Source of the DNA: Planctomycetales bacterium | GTDB lineage: Bacteria; 4484-113; JAFGCY01 | Reading direction: 5' to 3' | DNA: 32,000 nucleotides | Assembly: GCA_022646745.1 (NCBI GenBank) | Contig: CP060262.1 | Coordinates: 2,790,001 to 2,822,000 of the forward strand | In this document: positions 1 through 8,079 of the stretch, piece after piece | How positions within the stretch are numbered: the stretch's first letter is position 1 | How the letters are laid out: every line of letters starts with the position of its first letter | Notes under the pieces: generated by a model | Seen by the model: only the letters and a program-made list of their open reading frames with translations | Database searches by the model: none | Told to the model about the DNA's origin: nothing | Position numbers and translations under genes: made by a program

Positions 1-1102
1 GGAACTGCTCGCGCGGCAGATGCGGGCAGAACTGTGCCGCGTCCACATACACCGCATGCCCGCCGGGAGGCCAGGTCACGCTGATGCCGGCCTCGCGCAG
101 CAGCACCGAGAGGTGCGCCACCTGGCCGGTGCGGTAGGCGAGGTAGTCCGGGCTGCAGCATTCCTGCAGGCCCTGGGCCAGCGCGTCCATGTCGCGCCCG
201 CTCATGCCGCCGTAGGTGGAGAAGCCGTCGAACAGGATCTCGTACATGCGCAGTTGCTCATATAGCTCGTGGCTGCGCACCGCGATGAAGCCACCCATGT
301 TGACAAGCCCGTCCTTCTTGGCGCTCATCCACATGCCGTCAGCCTGGGCCATGATCTCGCGCAGGATCGCGCCGATGCTCCAGTTGGAGAAGCCCTGCTC
401 ACGCTGCTGGATGAACCAGGCGTTCTCGATCACGCGCGCGCTGTCAATCAGGAAGGGCTTTTCGAACTGCCGGCAGATCTCTCCGACGCGCCGTACATTC
501 TCCAGGCTGGCAGGCTGGCCGCCGCCGCTGTTGCAGGTCAGGGTCATGCACACCAGCGGGATCTTGTCGCCATGCTCGCGCAGGTAGCTTTCCAGTTTGG
601 CGGTGTCCATGTTGCCCTTGAAGGGATGGTCGGACTGCAGGTCGTAGATCCTGTCGTGCACCAGGTTGACATCAATCGCCTGCTGGTACTGCACGTGCGC
701 GGCGGTGGTGTCAAAATGGATGTTGTTTGGGACATGGTCGCCGGGCTTGAGGAAGTGCGTCATCAGCACGAGCTCGGCTGAGCGGCCCTGGTGTGTTGGC
801 AGCACATGCTCGAAGCCGAAGATCTCCTCGATGGAATTGCGCAGGCGCCTGAAGCTCAGGCTGCCGGCGTAGGCCTCGTCGCCGCGCATCAGCGCGGCCC
901 ATTGGTTGTGGCTCATCGCGCCGGTGCCGCTGTCGGTCAGCAGGTCGATGAACACGTCGTCACTGGCCAGGTTGAACAGGTTGTACTTCGCCGTCTCCAG
1001 GCGGCGACGGCGTTCCTGCGCGCTGATCTGGCGAATCGGCACGACGCTCTTGACGTAGAAGGGTTCGGGTTGCAGGTAGTCCCATGCGTTGTCATTTGTC
1101 AT
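1..1102 (-). CDS. PLP-dependent beta-eliminating lyase, tryptophanase / tyrosine phenol-lyase family (N-terminal ~367 codons; 3' end lies beyond the window start)
   Basis: Absent from the ORF track because there is no stop in the window. My reverse-strand translation from ATG 1102..1100 reads MTNDNAWDYLQPEPFYVKSV..DVFIDLLTDSGTGAMS..MRGDEAYAGS..LPTHQGRSAE..TCNSGGGQP..MSAKKDGLVNMGGF..YGGMSGRDM..GGHAVYVDA. This is colinear with TnaA/TPL hallmark motifs, including the PLP-lysine SAKKD. GGAG lies 6 nt upstream of the ATG. Confidence 0.85.
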   Translation of the reverse strand, partial: MTNDNAWDYLQPEPFYVKSVVPIRQISAQERRRRLETAKYNLFNLASDDVFIDLLTDSGTGAMSHNQWAALMRGDEAYAGSLSFRRLRNSIEEIFGFEHVLPTHQGRSAELVLMTHFLKPGDHVPNNIHFDTTAAHVQYQQAIDVNLVHDRIYDLQSDHPFKGNMDTAKLESYLREHGDKIPLVCMTLTCNSGGGQPASLENVRRVGEICRQFEKPFLIDSARVIENAWFIQQREQGFSNWSIGAILREIMAQADGMWMSAKKDGLVNMGGFIAVRSHELYEQLRMYEILFDGFSTYGGMSGRDMDALAQGLQECCSPDYLAYRTGQVAHLSVLLREAGISVTWPPGGHAVYVDAAQFCPHLPREQF

Positions 1103-1149
1103 TTACTACTCCGGATATTACATCTTAGAGATATCGGATATTTGACGTA

Positions 1150-1195
1150 GGGACGGGGTAATACCCCGTCCCGGGAGGCGGTATTACCGCCTCCC
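1150..1195. repeat. Two abutting 23-nt perfect palindromes ~47 nt upstream of the lyase start codon (operator- or attenuator-like)
   Basis: Read directly: GGGACGGGGTAATACCCCGTCCC (1150..1172) and GGGAGGCGGTATTACCGCCTCCC (1173..1195). Each is self-complementary about its central base. Both fit GGGAnGnGGTAnTACCnCnTCCC. Confidence 0.7.
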
Positions 1196-1229
1196 TACTT
1201 CAATGGATCGTTGTCAGTTTCCGGAATGC

Positions 1230-1290
1230 CTGCATCCTGCCTGCGGCGGGATGCAGCACCCCTGGTCAGTCCTGCTTCGCGGGACTGACC
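1230..1290 (-). terminator. Two stem-loops immediately 3' of the TDO-like gene (possible terminator/attenuator; no U-tract)
   Basis: CTGCATCC-N11-GGATGCAG (1230..1256) and GGTCAGTCC-N9-GGACTGACC (1264..1290). The latter begins ~26 nt after the minus-strand stop at 1317..1319. Confidence 0.3.
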
Positions 1291-1316
1291 TCCGCGCCTG
1301 GCTTGCGCCTGGCCTC

Positions 1317-2048
1317 CTAGTGGATGCTGTCGCGAACCACTCCGTAGGTGCCGCCCCAGGCGTCGGTCATCTGGTTGCGGATCTCCCACAGCTCGGGGAA
1401 CAGCTTCTGCGCCATGCCACGGTTCAGCAGTTCCACGCTGCGGCCCTTCAGGCTCTTGGCCCCGAGCCCGATTGAGCGGTGGATCAGCTGGATGTGGTGG
1501 TAGCGGAACTTCTGGAAAAGCTCGTCGTAGTCCGCCAGACATTCCGCCACCATGTAGCAGTCGTCATGGGTGTACTGGGAGTTGTAGACCTGCTCGATGG
1601 TCTTGTCGTAGTGGTCGAGGTAGTTCGCCTTATAGGCGTCCCACAGCGGGTTGACCAGGCCCAGCAGGTTGTTGAAGCCGGGCGATTCCTGCCCGCTGCC
1701 GTTGCCAAGGTTGAGGCGGATCGGCTGGTACTCATGCGGGCTCATCGTCTCCAGCACCGGCAGGTGGTCGATCATCAGCAGCTGGATGGTGTGCACCCGC
1801 TTGAAGAGCGTGACCACGCGGTGCGTGTTGCGCTGTTCCATCCAGTCGATGATGCCAAGCAGGGTGTAGCCGATCAGCTTCATCCAGAGCTCCTCGCTCT
1901 GGTGCACGATCTGGAACATCAGTTCGTCCTCGTTGACGAACTCGGAGAAGTCCTTCTGGCAATGCAGCAGCTGCTGGGTGTTCAGGTACTTCTCATAATC
2001 CAGGCTGCCGTCGCCGTGCATCTGGTCGTAAAAGGGTTTCCGGTCCAT
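1317..2048 (-). CDS. kynA: Tryptophan 2,3-dioxygenase (TDO/KynA) family protein, short and divergent
   Basis: 243-aa ORF with GC-rich third codon positions. YEKYLNTQQLL..DELMFQIVHQSEELWMKL matches the conserved TDO N-terminal helices. FRYHHIQLIHRSIG aligns to the proximal-His segment (FRHxHxxMVHRMLG in TDOs). The following GTGGSSG motif is replaced by SLKGRSVE. Confidence 0.75.
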   Translation of the reverse strand: MDRKPFYDQMHGDGSLDYEKYLNTQQLLHCQKDFSEFVNEDELMFQIVHQSEELWMKLIGYTLLGIIDWMEQRNTHRVVTLFKRVHTIQLLMIDHLPVLETMSPHEYQPIRLNLGNGSGQESPGFNNLLGLVNPLWDAYKANYLDHYDKTIEQVYNSQYTHDDCYMVAECLADYDELFQKFRYHHIQLIHRSIGLGAKSLKGRSVELLNRGMAQKLFPELWEIRNQMTDAWGGTYGVVRDSIH

Positions 2049-2256
2049 GTATGTCTCCTCGGTTAGGTACGTGAATGCGTGCGGAAGGGGCCGGCGTGAT
2101 TACGAATCCGGCCGTTTCACGTAGCGCCAGGCGGCCTGGCTGCCGAGTATGTATTCAACTGACATACAGTTCCATCTTACATCAATATCGGCCCGATTCA
2201 CGGTACAATGGAGCTAGTGGTATGCCCCTGCGCGGGGCAGTATTGGGGACAGGATC

Positions 2257-2655
2257 ATGCGCCGGGAGATCAACCGGCAGGAGTATGAGGAAATGAGCAG
2301 CCAGCTTCAGGTTCGGCAGCACGGGAAGGTCACGGTCCTCACCGAGGACGAATTCTGGTCCGAGATCAGGCAGTTCAAGGTACGCCAGTTGATGAACTGG
2401 CATGAGGAGCTGCGGCTCAGGCGCTGGCATACCGAGGGGCTGTATGCCGTCACCGAGGAATACGAGGACCAGCTGGCGCAGATCCAGAAGATCCAGGAGC
2501 TGGAGCTCGCCGAACTGATGACGGAGCAGCTGGTTGACAACACCCAGCGCATCAACACCATCGAGCACCGCCTGCTGGGCATCGTGGTCTGGATGCTGAT
2601 CCTGCTAGGCCTGCAGGTGGCGATCCTGCTCAAGTTCGGCTCGCAGATCTTCTAG
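2257..2655 (+). CDS. Hypothetical coiled-coil protein with a C-terminal transmembrane anchor
   Basis: 132-aa ORF with host-like GC3. The body is charged and heptad-like (EEYEDQLAQIQKIQELELAELMTEQL). A single hydrophobic helix, LLGIVVWMLILLGLQVAILL, sits near the C-terminus. I recognise no family. Confidence 0.55.
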   Translation: MRREINRQEYEEMSSQLQVRQHGKVTVLTEDEFWSEIRQFKVRQLMNWHEELRLRRWHTEGLYAVTEEYEDQLAQIQKIQELELAELMTEQLVDNTQRINTIEHRLLGIVVWMLILLGLQVAILLKFGSQIF

Positions 2656-4028
2656 GATCGTGTCTCGATTACTTCGCTGATGTCCGAGAGGAACCTCTCC
2701 ACCTTCGACTCGTCCAGGTGCGGCATCACCAGCACCTTGTAGACCGGGCGGCAGTACTGCCAGCCCTCGCGGGCGAAAGCGAACACATGGCTCCAGCGCA
2801 GCACATAGCGTGAATGGTCATTGAACAGGTCCGTGAGCCTGCCGCGAGTGTCGTCATCCACGTCATCCCCGATATGGAAGCCGAAGGTGTTCTGTGGGCT
2901 GTCTATCACCTTGAGCTGCGGGAAGCCGGCCAGGCCGTGGAGCAGCTGCTGCTTGAGCTGCATCATTTCCTCGAACTGCCGGCGGTAGCCACTGCGGCCC
3001 ATCGCCCTGAATGCTGCCCAGCAGGCCACGGCGGCCGCCCCGCTGCGTGAACCGCTGATGGTGTCATCGCGGCCCTCGTGCAGGTAGCTGACCATCCGGC
3101 AGACGCTGTCCAGCTGGCCCTTACGGCAGATGAACATCCCGGCCGGAGCCGGCGTGCGGCCGAACTTGTGCGGGTCGATGGTGATGCTGTCAACGGCCGG
3201 GTTGGCAAAGTCCCAGCCGCCGGGGTTGTGTTCGCTGAAGGGCAGGGCCAGGCCGCCGAAGGCCGCATCCACATGCACATGCCAGGCAAGGGCCGGGTAG
3301 CGTTGGCGGTATTCGCGCAGCAGGCCGAGCATGCCATTTACGTCATCCACAGCACCGATGTGTGAGCTGCCGGCGTTGGCGACGAGGATGATGCCGTCAA
3401 AGCCCTCACGCAGCATGGCATCGAGCTCCATGCGCATTGAGGCCAGGTCGATCCCGCCGTCGGGCCGCACGCTGCACAGCGCCAGTCCGCTGTGGCCACG
3501 CTCGCGGCGGATGCGCAGCCAGCCACGGGGCAGCGGTTCAGCCTTTGCGTTTTCCAGGCCGATACCGAGTAAGTCAGAGCCTTTCATCACGGAATAATGG
3601 GCCTCGCAGCTGGCGATGATGCCGATCCGCCGGCAGCCCTGCTCGCGCAGGCGGTTGCGTCCGAGCCACATCCCCTGCAGGTTGGCTTCCGTGCCGCCCG
3701 GGCAGATGTATCCGTCGGCGTTGGCCGCAGGATCAGCCATTCCAAGCAGTTCTGCCGCCATGAACACCGCTTCGCGCTCGAGCGCACGGGTTCCCGCCCA
3801 TTCCGGCTCGCCATCGCAGTTGGTGGTGGTGATGATGTTGTTGGGCTGGCGCGGCATCGCCTCTGCAAAGGCCGAAATGGCAATGTCCAGTGGCCGCGTC
3901 ATCGGGAAGGAGAGGATCAGCGGGTAGCCGCTGTGGCGATGGTCGATGATGCCGTCGAGCGCCTCGCGCACACGCGCCAGCACCGCTGCCTCATCCATAC
4001 CCTCATCCGGCCAGTGCTGCTCAGGCAT
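2652..4028 (-). CDS. Group II pyridoxal-phosphate-dependent amino-acid decarboxylase (aromatic/Tyr/Glu decarboxylase, MfnA-like fold)
   Basis: Motifs GGTEANLQG, HVDAAFGG and SITIDPHKFG (PLP lysine). The ORF track extends to 4244, but those 72 extra codons overlap the methyltransferase. The ATG at 4028..4026 overlaps the upstream stop (ATGCCTGA). An alternative ATG lies at 3998. Confidence 0.85.
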   Translation of the reverse strand: MPEQHWPDEGMDEAAVLARVREALDGIIDHRHSGYPLILSFPMTRPLDIAISAFAEAMPRQPNNIITTTNCDGEPEWAGTRALEREAVFMAAELLGMADPAANADGYICPGGTEANLQGMWLGRNRLREQGCRRIGIIASCEAHYSVMKGSDLLGIGLENAKAEPLPRGWLRIRRERGHSGLALCSVRPDGGIDLASMRMELDAMLREGFDGIILVANAGSSHIGAVDDVNGMLGLLREYRQRYPALAWHVHVDAAFGGLALPFSEHNPGGWDFANPAVDSITIDPHKFGRTPAPAGMFICRKGQLDSVCRMVSYLHEGRDDTISGSRSGAAAVACWAAFRAMGRSGYRRQFEEMMQLKQQLLHGLAGFPQLKVIDSPQNTFGFHIGDDVDDDTRGRLTDLFNDHSRYVLRWSHVFAFAREGWQYCRPVYKVLVMPHLDESKVERFLSDISEVIETRS

Positions 4029-4818
4029 GTGCCGATCCCCGGATGGCCCAGACGCGGGCCGGGAAGCTGAGCGGGCCGGACGTGCCAAGTCGATTGCGCA
4101 GCAGCTCCTCCAGCGCGCTTCTCCCCTCTGGCTCAAGTTGTGCCAGGAACCCCGGTGCCGGGCCGCTGCCAAGAGTGAAGGGTTGCCAGAAGTCATTGAA
4201 GTCGCTGAACCCAGTTTCCATTTCGAGTGCCTCGACCTGCACATCAGTGAAGCCGGCCGCCATTACCTCGTCCCGCAACCCCTCCTGTGTGCAGAAGCTG
4301 AAGCGCGTTCGCTCGTCGCGGTTTGCTGCTCGTTCGCTGACATGCCGCGCCGCCTGCCAGAATGCGTCAATGAAGCCCAGCCCGCCGCCGGCGTAGTCCC
4401 AGACATAGATTGCCAGCTGGCCTGTCGGCTTGAGCACACGCCTGGCTTCCGCAAGCGCAGCCGGCCGGTCCGGGAAGAAGTTGTAGGCAAGCGCACTTGC
4501 CGCCACGTCAATACTGTTGTCACTGACTGGCAGTTCTCCCGCCCCGGCCCTGGCAAATGATGCGCGCGGGTCAGGCAAGGCAGCTCGAGCTCCAGCGAGT
4601 AAGTCCTCCGCAAGATCAACGCCCAGCAGCGAAGCCGGATTGCATGAACGCAGGATGGCAGCGGACAGTGCTCCGGTGCCGCAGCCGATGTCGAGCCAGG
4701 CCAGTCCCGCCGGGCAGTCCAGCCAGTCGAGGAACAACCCTGCCATGCGCTCGCTCCAGCGCCCCATGTAGCGCTGGTAGTGCTGCGCGGCCTGCCAGTT
4801 ATCGTGGCTGGAATCCAT
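4021..4818 (-). CDS. Class I SAM-dependent methyltransferase
   Basis: 265 aa. SAM motif I LDIGCGTGALS, followed by acidic GVDLAED and the later LKPTGQLAIYVWD (Methyltransf_11-like layout). The start lies 3 nt after the upstream gene's stop. Confidence 0.85.
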   Translation of the reverse strand: MDSSHDNWQAAQHYQRYMGRWSERMAGLFLDWLDCPAGLAWLDIGCGTGALSAAILRSCNPASLLGVDLAEDLLAGARAALPDPRASFARAGAGELPVSDNSIDVAASALAYNFFPDRPAALAEARRVLKPTGQLAIYVWDYAGGGLGFIDAFWQAARHVSERAANRDERTRFSFCTQEGLRDEVMAAGFTDVQVEALEMETGFSDFNDFWQPFTLGSGPAPGFLAQLEPEGRSALEELLRNRLGTSGPLSFPARVWAIRGSAHA

Positions 4819-4821
4819 TGC

Positions 4822-7800
4822 TCATTTTCCCTGCTGCCAGACATTGCGCACATATGGATTGTTCTCGTTGCCAATCATCATATCCAGGTTGCGCTTCATC
4901 AGGGCCAGTGCATCCGCTGCATCGGGATTCTCCTGGGCCTGCCACTTGTTGTGCAGCGCGGTGGAATCACCACGGATGCCCCAGTCCTTGTCACCGAGCA
5001 GCAGGGTCACGCTCTGGATGGTGTCAACCGAGGGCAGCTCCTCCAGTGTCTGCAATGTGCGCAGCAGGCAACGGACCTGGGTCACGCTGGCCATCTGCCT
5101 GCGGTCTGGCGGGATGCTGCCACTGCGCAACTGTGCCTGCTGGTTGAGCATTGCCAGGCAAGCTCCGCCGTACTGATCCCAGTGTGCACGCAGCTGGCCG
5201 CTGACGCAGTCGCGTACGGTGATATGCGGGTGGTCCAGCAGGGCGAGGTACTGCACCGCGCAGTCCAGCCCAAGAGTGGCGGCACTGACGATGGCGGACT
5301 GCAGGTCCTTCTCGTCAGTGGCGGGATCTGAGAGCATTGCCAGCAGTTCCTCGTCCGCGGCATGGCTGCCGATCATGCCCATCACGCCGATCGCGCGGCG
5401 CCGGAGTTTCGGGTCGCCGAAGTAGTTGATCACCACGTCGCCAAGCTCGGTGATCTTCAGGTCCCCGATCACTCTCAGCACGCAGTTGCGCTGGGTGTAA
5501 ACATCCGTGTCTGCAGCGCTGCGCAGGGCGTCCAGTACTGCTTCTCGGTCCAGCTCCATCAGCTTCGGATAGATGTCATTGAAGGCGCGCACGGCCAGCG
5601 AGTAGTCGTCATCCATTTCAGCGATGACAAATGGCAGCACAGGCATGCCGAAGGCGATGATGCGCTCGCGGGCTTTAGGCACAATCGCCACGTTCTCGCC
5701 GACTTCCCAGCGGATGGCGATCTCCCACAGCTCGTCAAACACCTCCTGTGTCAATTCGCCTTCGTAGGAGACCACTTCCGGCATCTCCACGTCATCACCG
5801 GGCGGCTGGTTTGGGCCACTGGTGCTGGCCGTCTCCTCCGCATCAGGCGGCGGAGCGACGTCCCAGCCCATGCCGTAGCGTGAGTTGCTCCACATCGAGC
5901 TGTCCGCCTGGTTGCCATCCGCAAGGTAGCTGTCGGTGCCTGCGAGATCCAGCAGCACGCCGATGCTGGCCGTATCGCGCGCGGGGCGGCCGGCGTTCAG
6001 CCCGCCATCCTTTCGCGAAGCGTAGGTGTCATTGCCGCTGCGGTCAATGTGGATGCCGACGCTGTTCGTCAGGCCGGTGCCGTTGCAGCTCGTGTTGCCG
6101 AAGTAGCGGTCGTCGCCTCCGCGGTCATGCAGGATGGAAGCCGCGAAGTCGTGGCTGCCGCCCTGGCCGAGCCCGCTGTGCATCACGTAGGTGTCGGAAC
6201 CGGCCACGTCTATGAGCCCGCCGACCGCGAGGTGGATGCCGCTGCCCTGGCCGTACTGCGTCATTTCGTAGAGGTCGTTGCCAGCGCCGTCCCACAGGAA
6301 GCCGCCGGAGTACCAGTAGCCGACGCCCTGGTTGTAGATGTCGCCGAGGTAGCGGTCGTTGCCCTCGTAGTCGATCAGCATTGCGATCCCGCCGGCGTAG
6401 TCAATGTCGCGCTCTCCGATGGCGAAGCCCTGGCTGAATGACTGGTAGCGGTCGCCGAACAGCGGGGCATGCAGGTAGACCCCGCCGGCTTCGTAGACCT
6501 CATTGCCGCGCCGGTTGATGCACAGCGCGATGCCGCTCGTGCGCGCGAAGGCCTGGGCCTCGCTCCAGGCGGAGTAGCTGTCATTGTCAACCGCCGAGAG
6601 GATGTCCGGGTTGGCATTGGGGTCACGCTCAAAGGCGTCAATCTCACCTTCGTTGCCTTCGGCGATGTCGAACTGCGGGGTGGAGTCCTGCGCGCCGTCG
6701 TACATAAGCGCAGTGCCGAAGCCGGCAGCACCCTGGCAGTAGGCCTTGCCGTTATAGCTGTCGGACCCGCCGTCGTCATAGAAGCAGGCCACGCCGCACA
6801 TTGCGGCCCCGAGGCTGACGCTGCCTGCGTAGTAGCGGTCGTCACCGCCGCCGAGGTCGTAGAACAGGCCGGTGCCGAGCACGGCGGCCCCGAGCGTGAT
6901 GTCCACGTCGGCGCAATCGTAGAGGTCGTCGCCGCCCAGGTCGAGGAAGAAGCCGAAGCTGCCGTCCCCCAGCGGGGAGAAGTCGGCCGACATGCCGGTC
7001 GCCTCGAGACCGTCCGCCAGGCGCGGGCCGAAGCTGCGCCTGCCATAGGCCGCACCGATGCGGCAGTTGCGGTAGGTGTCGTTGCCACCGGGGTCAATCA
7101 CGATCGCGAAGTCGCCGGAATAGGTGTCGTCACCGAAGGTGCCAAGTGCCATCTGTCCATACTCGGTCTGGATCACACGCACTTCGTCGCGCGGGAACAT
7201 GTAGCCGAGCGGGGCCATCGCCAGCAGGCTGCCAGCCAGGTTGAATGCCTCCTGGTAGGAGCTGTCAGGCCGGGCCGCAGCCTGCTTCATCAGTTCGTAC
7301 AAGGCATTGGAGTCAAGCTCAGGCGGGGCATCCGCGTCAGCCACCAGTGGGCGCTCCACATCGTGCCAGGCCATCGCCTTGACGATCTGGCTGCGCAGCT
7401 GAGCATGCTCTTCGGCAGTGAGATCGGGGTCGGGGAGGGTAGCGGTGGCAATCGCAAACAGGGACAGCAGCTCTTCCTCATTCTGGGGGGTCGGGCGGCT
7501 GGACATGTCCACGAAAGTGCCGTACTGCTGTTCGCGGGACAGTGCGTCAGCGCTGATCATCAGGGACAGGCAGTCCAGGAAGTGGAAGTCGCCGTAGCCG
7601 GCCAGCGCATCCATGTAGTTGCCGATGTATAGTGGTTCGCGCATCATGTGGCGCACTGACTCGTAGCACTCGTAGCCCTGGGCGTAGTCCTTGTCGAACT
7701 GCAGGTCCTCAAGCGTCATGTTGCCAGCCTGCATCGCCGTTGCCAGCGCCTCCAGTTCCTGCGAGGTGTAAGTCCCGGCAGGTTCTGCAGCGATCCCGGC

Positions 7801-7890
7801 TGTGCCCATAAGGCAGCTTGCAAGCAGTGCTGCGGCAATGCCAATGCAGCGCTTCAGTGCAGCAGTGCGGACTCGATCGGAAGTATCCAT
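4822..7890 (-). CDS. Secreted (possibly lipoprotein) repeat protein: ~12-14 copies of an h-h-D-x-x-G-x-D-x-Y module (RTX-like, probable beta-helix) plus C-terminal HEAT/PBS-lyase-like repeats
   Basis: I prefer the ATG at 7890 (GGAGGA 6 nt upstream) over the track's 7911. Signal peptide MDTSDRVRTAALKRCIGIAAALLASC with an LASC lipobox-like site. Repeats seen: GGNDTY, GGDDLY, GGGDDRY, GGSDSY, EGNDRY, AGNDLY, AGSDTY, GGDDRY, SGNDTY, AGTDSY. C-terminal HEAT-like units: YFGDPKLRRRAIGVMGMIG, LLDHPHITVRDCV, LLLGDKDWGIRGDS. Confidence 0.8.
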   Translation of the reverse strand: MDTSDRVRTAALKRCIGIAAALLASCLMGTAGIAAEPAGTYTSQELEALATAMQAGNMTLEDLQFDKDYAQGYECYESVRHMMREPLYIGNYMDALAGYGDFHFLDCLSLMISADALSREQQYGTFVDMSSRPTPQNEEELLSLFAIATATLPDPDLTAEEHAQLRSQIVKAMAWHDVERPLVADADAPPELDSNALYELMKQAAARPDSSYQEAFNLAGSLLAMAPLGYMFPRDEVRVIQTEYGQMALGTFGDDTYSGDFAIVIDPGGNDTYRNCRIGAAYGRRSFGPRLADGLEATGMSADFSPLGDGSFGFFLDLGGDDLYDCADVDITLGAAVLGTGLFYDLGGGDDRYYAGSVSLGAAMCGVACFYDDGGSDSYNGKAYCQGAAGFGTALMYDGAQDSTPQFDIAEGNEGEIDAFERDPNANPDILSAVDNDSYSAWSEAQAFARTSGIALCINRRGNEVYEAGGVYLHAPLFGDRYQSFSQGFAIGERDIDYAGGIAMLIDYEGNDRYLGDIYNQGVGYWYSGGFLWDGAGNDLYEMTQYGQGSGIHLAVGGLIDVAGSDTYVMHSGLGQGGSHDFAASILHDRGGDDRYFGNTSCNGTGLTNSVGIHIDRSGNDTYASRKDGGLNAGRPARDTASIGVLLDLAGTDSYLADGNQADSSMWSNSRYGMGWDVAPPPDAEETASTSGPNQPPGDDVEMPEVVSYEGELTQEVFDELWEIAIRWEVGENVAIVPKARERIIAFGMPVLPFVIAEMDDDYSLAVRAFNDIYPKLMELDREAVLDALRSAADTDVYTQRNCVLRVIGDLKITELGDVVINYFGDPKLRRRAIGVMGMIGSHAADEELLAMLSDPATDEKDLQSAIVSAATLGLDCAVQYLALLDHPHITVRDCVSGQLRAHWDQYGGACLAMLNQQAQLRSGSIPPDRRQMASVTQVRCLLRTLQTLEELPSVDTIQSVTLLLGDKDWGIRGDSTALHNKWQAQENPDAADALALMKRNLDMMIGNENNPYVRNVWQQGK

Positions 7891-8024
7891 CGGTGTTCCT
7901 CCAGCGTGCATCCACGATATCAGCTGTGCAGGATGGGTGCTGCAGGTATCACGGGCTTGTCAATATAATTAAGGTATACCAGACATGAATATATATTAAA
8001 TACACTCTAATGCGCAAATAACGC

Positions 8025-8052
8025 TTGACAAATGTTTGCTTCAGGTTAGAAT
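8025..8052 (+). promoter_or_regulatory. Sigma70-type promoter candidate for the RayT-like gene
   Basis: TTGACA (8025..8030), 16-nt spacer, TAGAAT (8047..8052), inside a local AT-rich patch. GGAG (8071..8074) lies 5 nt before the ATG at 8080. Confidence 0.4.
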
Positions 8053-8079
8053 AGTGACAACAACAGTAAAGGAGCGCTT

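Noticed and set aside
1200-1235. 11-codon minus-strand mini-ORF (MQAFRKLTTIH) between the TDO-like and lyase genes as a TnaC-like leader peptide.
   Set aside because: It contains no Trp codon and has no Shine-Dalgarno. Short ORFs of this size are expected by chance, so I cannot support it from sequence.
4029-4244. N-terminal 72-codon extension of the decarboxylase ORF (track start 4244).
   Set aside because: The extension lies wholly inside the methyltransferase CDS in another frame and is Arg/Ser-rich nonsense. The ATG at 4028 gives a classic ATGCCTGA stop-start overlap.
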